IMG/VR virus record: IMGVR_UViG_3300046694_000587
Length of the DNA stretch: 17,756 bases
Reading direction: 5' to 3' (one strand)
From: a virus
Lineage: Duplodnaviria > Heunggongvirae > Uroviricota > Caudoviricetes
Within the stretch, counting starts at the first letter, position 1. The number at the start of each line of letters is the position of its first letter. A model generated the notes under the pieces. That model saw only the letters and a list, made by a program, of their open reading frames with translations, was not told the origin of the DNA and did not search any database. The position numbers and the translations under genes are program-made. This document shows, one piece after another, positions 1 to 5,643 of the stretch.

Positions 1-10
1 TGTCGTAGTT

Positions 11-1039
11 TCATTTCATGCTATAGCGTGCGGTATCTACCGCCGCTTTCAACCAACCTTGATTCGGGTCAAGCACCAAGCTTCCATCTCCGGAGGGCTC
101 CTTGGCCGAGCTCGACAGCCACAAAATGCAGCCGTTTGCCCCCAGACGCATCAGCATCTGCAGCCGCCACACCATCTGCTCATAGCTCAGGTATCGCGTG
201 TTCTTCGCGGCATCGGTCCACGCTGGCGTGATGTACGGCAGGATGGGCTTGTTCGTATGGTTCAGGCTATCGAGCAGCCGGCAAGCGTGCACCGCGTATG
301 CCGCCGCGCGCACCCACCGCTGGTCACCGGCCGGCGTGCCGTCGTACCGATAGTTGTATAGCGATGGGCTGTAGTAGTCGACCAGCGCGGCGACTTCCGC
401 GTACTGCGGATTCAACCTGTCATGCACGGCTTCGGTCGTGTCCGTGAAGCCATACGTGTTCTGCGGCAACTCGCTGTAGAGGCCCACGTCCGCAGCCGGA
501 TTCGCATTCTTGAACGTGCGCACCACATCGACGAGGTTCTGCACGATGGACTTCCCGTTCGAGGTAGGTGCACCTGGCGTGAACCGCTTCTCGTCCCATT
601 CCTCCGCATCCAGAGATACTGGGTATGCCGGGCTTGCCTGAAGCGCAATCTTGCGCAAATTTTCGGCGTTCAGCGCGGCGTCGAGCCCCGTTCCGTCAAG
701 AAACCGAGACGAATAGACGACATTGACCGGCAACAGACCCAAGCTCTCAAACCACGCCTCGTCAACGTAAGCTCGCGAGGTATGAACGACGCCCGACCCG
801 TCCCGGTAGCTACGGAATGGCAAGAATTCACCGACGCAAAATCGACTGGACCCGAGTCCGCTCACGCGTTCCGCCCTGACTGCGGCCATTGCCATGGAAC
901 CCAGACCCGACATCGTCAGGCCGCCAAGCGCGGCTCCGCAGCCCAGCTGCAGCACGCGGCGGCGCGATACCTTACCCGATTGAATTTCGTTCGAATGCTC
1001 CCGCGAGCGCGGCGAGTGTTGGTCGACCATGCAGTCCAT
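11..1039 (-). CDS. Tat-exported glycoside hydrolase, GH56/hyaluronidase-like TIM barrel (start may be ATG 1030)
   Basis: Twin-arginine signal VSRRRVLQLG, hydrophobic stretch, AMA cleavage site. Motifs SLDAEEW (DxE), VGLY, YYSPSLY, ILPY, GANGCILW follow the order of GH56 motifs IDxExW, WGYY, LxPSxY, GAxGxxxW. Confidence 0.6.
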   Translation of the reverse strand: MDCMVDQHSPRSREHSNEIQSGKVSRRRVLQLGCGAALGGLTMSGLGSMAMAAVRAERVSGLGSSRFCVGEFLPFRSYRDGSGVVHTSRAYVDEAWFESLGLLPVNVVYSSRFLDGTGLDAALNAENLRKIALQASPAYPVSLDAEEWDEKRFTPGAPTSNGKSIVQNLVDVVRTFKNANPAADVGLYSELPQNTYGFTDTTEAVHDRLNPQYAEVAALVDYYSPSLYNYRYDGTPAGDQRWVRAAAYAVHACRLLDSLNHTNKPILPYITPAWTDAAKNTRYLSYEQMVWRLQMLMRLGANGCILWLSSSAKEPSGDGSLVLDPNQGWLKAAVDTARYSMK

Positions 1040-1101
1040 GCCCTGTGAAAGTCATTGCCGTTGGTGGGTGATGTCCGGCAACAGCCGGCCATTGAGGTAA
1101 A

Positions 1102-1130
1102 ACTATCTCACAAAAAGGCACTTTCGTCAA
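1102..1130 (-). promoter_or_regulatory. Putative sigma70 promoter for the hydrolase gene
   Basis: Minus strand TTGACG (1130-1125), 17 bp, GATAGT (1107-1102), with TG at the extended -10 position. The -35 sits in the small palindrome GTCAA-T-TTGAC (1126-1136). Confidence 0.4.
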
Positions 1131-1145
1131 TTTGACTGACACAAG

Positions 1146-1171
1146 AAAAAGCCATCCTTAACGGATGGCTT
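1146..1171 (-). terminator. Rho-independent terminator after the 159-aa/40-aa genes
   Basis: AAGCCATCC-TTAAC-GGATGGCTT 9-bp stem with an A-run at 1146-1150 (U-tract on minus), 15 nt past the stop at 1187. Confidence 0.8.
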
Positions 1172-1186
1172 GAGGGGTGCTGCGCG

Positions 1187-1309
1187 TTATTTACCACTTT
1201 TGCTAAGCCACTTCCACACAACGCCGACGGGAGCGAAGTTCATCAGGCCGCGTCGGCAGCCCAATAAAATTGCTTCGATTAGGGTCATGTTTTCGTAGTC
1301 TCGGTTCAT
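1187..1309 (-). CDS. Small hypothetical protein, 40 aa (MNRDYENMTL...)
   Basis: AAGGA (1321-1317) 7 nt before ATG 1309; lies between the 159-aa gene and a terminator. The ORF-track start at 1399 has no comparable RBS. Confidence 0.55.
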   Translation of the reverse strand: MNRDYENMTLIEAILLGCRRGLMNFAPVGVVWKWLSKSGK

Positions 1310-1402
1310 GATGGTGTCCTTGAGATGTCCTTTGCTGCTTTCGTCCTTGTCCTTACAGCACAGCGTCTTGTATTCAACTGCACTGCAGCGAGCCACCATG
1401 CC

Positions 1403-1882
1403 TCAGTGGTTTTTGCTTCCGTTCTGGTCGTGATTGACGTCGAGGGAAGCAGGGTCATTTACTTGCGGCTTGTTGTGCTTGTGATTGTGGTGCTGCTCAC
1501 AATCTTTCGACACGCCCTTGACCCACCACTTCAGTTCACAGAAGAGTGCTGCGCACTTTGCTGCCATGAACATGTAGCCAACCACCGGGTTCGATTCAAC
1601 CAGGTGGTGGAGCATCGGATGCAACCAATGCTCATCGAGCCAAAGGGAGGCTTGCAACATCAGTCCAAACGACACCGTCGTTGCGACCACGCTTGCTACC
1701 AAGGTTGCAGACTCTTTGACGGTGGTGGTAAACCACTTCCCGGCACTGGACTGAACCATCTTGCTGACACCACTCCTGACCGTTTTGGCCAGAGAGAACT
1801 TGTCAACTTTCGCAGCCACTACCTGCTGCTTCTTCACCATTGCTGGCTGTTTGAACTGCAATTTATGAGCGCTCGTTGTCAT
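1403..1882 (-). CDS. Hypothetical membrane protein, 159 aa
   Basis: RBS GAAGGAG upstream of ATG; Lys-rich N-terminus, one or two hydrophobic segments, His/Asn-rich tail. Confidence 0.7.
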   Translation of the reverse strand: MTTSAHKLQFKQPAMVKKQQVVAAKVDKFSLAKTVRSGVSKMVQSSAGKWFTTTVKESATLVASVVATTVSFGLMLQASLWLDEHWLHPMLHHLVESNPVVGYMFMAAKCAALFCELKWWVKGVSKDCEQHHNHKHNKPQVNDPASLDVNHDQNGSKNH

Positions 1883-2346
1883 AATGAATCTCCTTCACGT
1901 CTATTGTTTGAGCAACTCAAGTCCGGCACTATGCCTGCGACCTGAGCAGGCATATTTCTATGTCCATGCATTCGTATAGGCGTCAATTCACGCATGGATT
2001 ACGGAATGGCTTGCCCATTTCCGCATGTAGAGAAAGCCTCGCGCTTTGCATCAGGGCAAGCCCGCTTTTCGCAATCAAGCGCCGCGTGCCGCGTTCCGCG
2101 GCGAACACAATCGCTCAGGATGCAATTGATGGGCAACCAGGTCAGGCGATGGGCAGGCAGGCGTGCCAATTCAGCTCGCGCGACTGCAGGCCAGCACCCG
2201 GAGAACCATTCAGACCTGCGCAATGCCTGAGGATTGGCACACCTCGGGGCGGACTACCGGGATTAAAATGATTACTATGATTAGGCGCGTATAGCCACAT
2301 CGAAATCTCCAGACTACATCGCGAGATTTTTGCCCATCAAAATTTG

Positions 2347-2434
2347 TTTTACGATATACGGCAAGTACGACTACTACGCACGACAAGCGTTTTTACGACA
2401 TACGGCAAGTAAAACTACTACGAAGGGCAAGTAG
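2347..2434 (+). repeat. Four tandem 22-bp iteron-like direct repeats, candidate replication origin
   Basis: TTTTACGATATACGGCAAGTAC / GACTACTACGCACGACAAGCGT / TTTTACGACATACGGCAAGTAA / AACTACTACGAAGGGCAAGTAG. Core G(G/A)CAAG starts at 2360, 2382, 2404, 2426. Locally AT-rich flank; rep gene ~350 bp downstream. Confidence 0.7.
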
Positions 2435-2486
2435 CCGCACCATGCGGGGAGGTCGACGCAATCTCACCGCGACAAATCGGCTGGCC

Positions 2487-2506
2487 AACGTGGGTATATC
2501 CACGTT
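2487..2506. promoter_or_regulatory. Near-perfect 20-bp palindrome, candidate operator
   Basis: AACGTGG-GTATAT-CCACGTT between the iteron array and the rep-operon promoter. Confidence 0.4.
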
Positions 2507-2543
2507 TCCCGCGCCACACGACGGGGCCTGCCGTCTGTCGTAG

Positions 2544-2571
2544 TTGCGGATATACGTTTGTGTGGTATAAT
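2544..2571 (+). promoter_or_regulatory. Putative sigma70 extended -10 promoter of the RHH-rep operon
   Basis: TTGCGG (2544-2549), 16 bp, TATAAT (2566-2571) preceded by TG-G. An inverted iteron-like copy (2528-2544, reverse complement ACTACGACAGACGGCAG) abuts the -35. Confidence 0.6.
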
Positions 2572-2601
2572 TCCGTATCTCAAATCATCCTGGTGCCGCT
2601 C

Positions 2602-2793
2602 ATGAGCAACAAGTCCAACGACCGACATAAGGACCACTCGCGCCAGTACAACGTGCGTGTGCCCGTCCCCCTCCTGGAGGCGTTCAATGAGACGTGCCGC
2701 CAGCGAGACCTGCTGCCGGCCGCAGTCGTGCGGACGTTGATGCAGGGGTTTGTAGACATCTCCGCTTCAGACGCTGAGCGAGGTGCGGCTTGA
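2602..2793 (+). CDS. Ribbon-helix-helix (CopG/Arc/MetJ-like) DNA-binding protein, 63 aa
   Basis: QYNVRVP beta-ribbon pattern, helix LLEAFNETC, turn, helix AAVVRTLMQGFV. The track start GTG 2560 overlaps the -10 region, so ATG 2602 is preferred. Stop overlaps the rep start. Confidence 0.7.
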   Translation: MSNKSNDRHKDHSRQYNVRVPVPLLEAFNETCRQRDLLPAAVVRTLMQGFVDISASDAERGAA

Positions 2794-3866
2794 GCGCACA
2801 GATGTCACTGGACCTGGTTGTTCAGTCCCGGGCTGTGGCGCGCGCCGCATTGGAGGCTGCCGGTTCGCAGCAGGCGTCGCTGGAAGCGGGCAGTCGCTCA
2901 CTTGCCCTGGCTGCCCGGCGCGCCGCCGCGCGCGCGAAAGCTGAAGAAGCGCCAATCCTTGAACTTGAGCCGACTGCAACGCCGGCTGCCGTGAACGCCG
3001 CACGCACGCGGCGAGCTGTCCGGCGAGGGCGGGACGTGTTTCTGCCGTGCTGGTCTGACTTTGCCGTCGGGCTGCCCAACGCGTTGCTGCGCTCCAGGCT
3101 GTGGACCGCGGGAGAGGGCGCCGATGCGTGGATGGAAGGTGAAGAGGTCGCCACACTCGGACAGGACACCCGTATTCTCTACACGGGCAAGCAGCTGACC
3201 CAGTACGACCGGCGCGTATTTGCCGCGTGCGTCGACTACTACAAGGAAGGTCGCCCACTGTCCGATGGCGCGACGTCCGCATGGATATGTGTGTCCTTTT
3301 TTTCTTTTGCACAGTCGATGGGACTGAGCTACACGCTCAATACCCACAAGGCGATGCGTGCGAGTCTGCTTCGGCTCGAGGCAGCTGCACTTCGGGTCGG
3401 TGCCGGCAATCTGGAGCTGCCGGTACCCCGGCTGCTCGAGGTCGCATTCGACGATGGGTATCACAATCGACCCGAAAACGAGCTCAAGGGCAGCGACCAG
3501 ATAGCGTTCCGGGTGCTCGAGCAGTTCGCGGCGCTATACGGGCCTACAGCCTGGACGGCCGTGCCAAAGCCGGCTCTCAGCTTGCGGGGTATCCGCGCGT
3601 GGCTGGCGGGCTTCTATGCAACTCACCGTTCTCCGCGTGAGTTGCCCTTCAGCAAGCTGCAGACTCTCAGCGGCATGACCTGTCGGCCGAACGACTTTCG
3701 CGCGTGTGTGGTGCGCGCACTTGACGAACTCTCTACTGAGGGGACCGAGGCGGACATCCGGGTGTCGAGTTATCAGCTGAGTGCGGACCGCAAGGCAATC
3801 ACCGTGGTGCTCGCGCGCTGGGGCGCGGCAGCATTGCCTGCCGGCGGGGAAGATGTGGCGGCCTGA
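2790..3866 (+). CDS. Plasmid replication initiator, TrfA-like
   Basis: LPCW...GLPNALLRSRLW, ILYTGKQLTQYDRRVF and C-terminal LPFSKLQTLSGM...FRACVVRALDEL match my recollection of TrfA-family blocks. TTG start overlaps the upstream TGA (TTGA), with GAGGT 5 nt upstream. Confidence 0.75.
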   Translation: MSAQMSLDLVVQSRAVARAALEAAGSQQASLEAGSRSLALAARRAAARAKAEEAPILELEPTATPAAVNAARTRRAVRRGRDVFLPCWSDFAVGLPNALLRSRLWTAGEGADAWMEGEEVATLGQDTRILYTGKQLTQYDRRVFAACVDYYKEGRPLSDGATSAWICVSFFSFAQSMGLSYTLNTHKAMRASLLRLEAAALRVGAGNLELPVPRLLEVAFDDGYHNRPENELKGSDQIAFRVLEQFAALYGPTAWTAVPKPALSLRGIRAWLAGFYATHRSPRELPFSKLQTLSGMTCRPNDFRACVVRALDELSTEGTEADIRVSSYQLSADRKAITVVLARWGAAALPAGGEDVAA

Positions 3867-3932
3867 GCTCATGGGCCGCCCTTGTATTCGCTCATACCGC
3901 AGCCGAGCTGCTCCATAACATAGATAGTCCTG

Positions 3933-4430
3933 ATGCCTGAAATCATTCTCATCGCAGCACTTGCCCGCAACCGCGTGATTGGTCACGAGAACGGGCTCTG
4001 CTGGCATATCCCCGAAGACCTTGCGCGATTCCGCAAACTGACGCGCAGCCATCCCGTAATCATGGGCCGACGGACCTGGGAGTCGCTCCCCGCATCGGTG
4101 CGGCCGTTACCTGGCCGACAAAACATCGTGGTGTCGCGGAAGCGCGAATACACCGCACCCGGTGCGCAGGTAGCCGGCAACCTGGACGAGGCGCTTGCGC
4201 TTTGTGAGCGCGACACCGTCTTCATCATAGGTGGCGCGCAGCTATACACACTGGCGTTGTCGCGCGCAGACGTTCTCGAGCTCACCGAGGTGGACCTCAC
4301 GCCGGAGGGAGATGCTTTCTTCCCCGAGCTCGATGCCTGCGACTGGCAGGTGGCTGTCCGTGAAGACGCCGTCAGCCAGACCGGTATTTCGTATGCATTC
4401 GTGCGCTATGTCCGGACCGCCGCAGCGTGA
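3933..4430 (+). CDS. dfrA: Dihydrofolate reductase (FolA/DfrA-type fold)
   Basis: IAALARNRVIG, W-H-I-P-E-D-L (catalytic Asp), VIMGRRTWESLP, RPLPGRQNIVVSR, FIIGGAQLY, EGDAFFP, FVRY: the full DHFR motif set. The symbol denotes the family, not a numbered resistance allele. Confidence 0.95.
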   Translation: MPEIILIAALARNRVIGHENGLCWHIPEDLARFRKLTRSHPVIMGRRTWESLPASVRPLPGRQNIVVSRKREYTAPGAQVAGNLDEALALCERDTVFIIGGAQLYTLALSRADVLELTEVDLTPEGDAFFPELDACDWQVAVREDAVSQTGISYAFVRYVRTAAA

Positions 4431-4481
4431 AGACCCGGCATCCTAGGTGACGCCGGCAATCCATGTTTCCGGAGTATTGCC

Positions 4482-5171
4482 ATGTACGGCTCCTTTCAAC
4501 GGAGTTCTCTCTGCGGTTTTCTGGGGCTCATTGCAGCCCTGTTTTTCACGGGCCTGTACGGACCGCCTCAAAACGGATGGTGCTTTCTCACCGTCGTCGT
4601 CGTGCTGACTGCCATCTTCGGAGTCGGATTTTCTGTGCTTGCGGGGCGGTATGACGCAAAGCTTACCCAGCGGATTGCGACGCCCACAGCTTCAAGCTGG
4701 GATGTTGTACTCAATGACGTCAAGCTGGGGTCGGTGACCGATGCGGAGTACGCCGAAATTCAGCAGCGTGTGTTCCGCGACGGTCGGGTGGCCGGTGAGC
4801 AGTTCCTCAACTTGCTCCATGTCGCGCTACGCGCGGCCGGACGCTTCGTTTTACTCATCCCGTTCCTGTTTTTCTGGGCTGCCATCGCGCTCTTTCTGTT
4901 TTCGCCTGACTCGGTATCTACAGTGGTTCAGGTACTGCAAAAGGGTGACCCGGTCATGCTTGCGAAGACTACCGAAGCTTTTCTGCGGCTGGTTTTCACG
5001 GTCATGGCTATGGCTATGCTCATCACATCCGTCTGCGGTTTGGATTTCGGATTTCGCGATTGCTACAGCGAAGGCATCAACCGCCGGCTGCGTCGGCACT
5101 TCAAGACGCACGCAACGGGCAACATGCACCTGACGCGCCAACAGGAGGCCTGCGCCTGCTCTAACGGGTAA
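4482..5171 (+). CDS. Hypothetical inner-membrane protein, 229 aa, about 4 TM helices
   Basis: GGAG upstream; two N-terminal hydrophobic helices, a soluble loop (SWDVVLNDVKLGSVTDAEY), two further hydrophobic segments. Confidence 0.7.
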   Translation: MYGSFQRSSLCGFLGLIAALFFTGLYGPPQNGWCFLTVVVVLTAIFGVGFSVLAGRYDAKLTQRIATPTASSWDVVLNDVKLGSVTDAEYAEIQQRVFRDGRVAGEQFLNLLHVALRAAGRFVLLIPFLFFWAAIALFLFSPDSVSTVVQVLQKGDPVMLAKTTEAFLRLVFTVMAMAMLITSVCGLDFGFRDCYSEGINRRLRRHFKTHATGNMHLTRQQEACACSNG

Positions 5172-5190
5172 CGCGCACACCGGCCTTCTC

Positions 5191-5217
5191 CGCGTGCGAT
5201 AAGGGCTATCGCACGCG
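5191..5217. terminator. Perfect 11-bp hairpin after the 229-aa gene, possible terminator
   Basis: CGCGTGCGATA-AGGGC-TATCGCACGCG; no U-tract on plus. Confidence 0.4.
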
Positions 5218-5223
5218 CGCAAG

Positions 5224-5250
5224 AAAAAGCCCGACATGAAAGTCGGGCTT
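5224..5250 (-). terminator. Rho-independent terminator of the 83-aa gene
   Basis: AAGCCCGAC-ATGAAA-GTCGGGCTT with an A-run on its left, 4 nt after the stop at 5255. Confidence 0.75.
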
Positions 5251-5254
5251 CGAG

Positions 5255-5506
5255 TCATGCAACCAGTCGGAGTGCCGTCTTTTCCTGCACTTCCGACTCG
5301 CTCACTATCCCGCGCGCGTCGATGACGGCAACGCGGTCCTTGTGGTGGCGGGACCGGTATTCCGTGCGTTGACCGCTCGCGACCGCCGACAGAATCATTC
5401 GGCCGCTTACGCAGTCCTCGAGTACGAGGCCGGGTGCATCGACCTGCACAGTGGCCTTGATGGTCTTGCCGTTCACTTCAATCGTGACTTCCTGGGTGTG
5501 CTTCAT
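5255..5506 (-). CDS. Hypothetical protein, 83 aa
   Basis: RBS GAGGA upstream of ATG, terminator directly after the stop, divergent from the helicase gene. Confidence 0.7.
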   Translation of the reverse strand: MKHTQEVTIEVNGKTIKATVQVDAPGLVLEDCVSGRMILSAVASGQRTEYRSRHHKDRVAVIDARGIVSESEVQEKTALRLVA

Positions 5507-5605
5507 TTTTTATGTCCTCAATGGAAATTGGTTGCTCTTCGTATAGCTCTGAGCCGGTCGACCAATGAGGAAACGAAGAATAGCCGCGCATAATAGCGTA
5601 TTTCG

Positions 5606-5614
5606 TGATATACT
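5606..5614 (+). promoter_or_regulatory. Putative extended -10 element for the helicase gene
   Basis: TG-A-TATACT; overlaps the track's GTG 5605, which argues for ATG 5644 as the start. Confidence 0.4.
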
Positions 5615-5643
5615 GTCAAACATACCAGCCCGTGAACCACACG

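Larger units (their letters stand above)
1945..3866 (+). mobile_element. Plasmid replicon module (origin + RHH + TrfA-like Rep)
   Basis: Iteron array, promoter with an adjacent inverted iteron, RHH gene and initiator, all contiguous. Confidence 0.65.

Noticed and set aside
422-1945. Plus-strand ORFs 422-1048 and 1325-1945
   Set aside because: Antisense to better-supported genes with RBS, signal peptide or terminator.
1960-2271. Three overlapping short ORFs left of the origin
   Set aside because: No convincing RBS or motif; I could not choose one, so the region is left as non-coding or unresolved.
2347-2434. Repeat array as a mini-CRISPR
   Set aside because: Units are contiguous with no unique spacers, not palindromic, and there are no cas genes.
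2334-2570. DnaA-box and IHF-like sequences (ATATCCACG at 2496-2504, TTATACCACA reverse at 2561-2570, CATCAAAATTTG at 2335-2346)
   Set aside because: Each deviates from consensus by mismatches or spacing; not supportable by eye.
2790-3050. Second internal start giving long and short Rep forms as in TrfA-44/33
   Set aside because: The internal GTG at 2991 has no RBS; ATG 2802 is only four codons downstream.
5158-5250. TCTAAC plus hairpins as an integron attC after dfr and its neighbour
   Set aside because: No exact RYYYAAC, no matching GTTRRRY end, no integrase.
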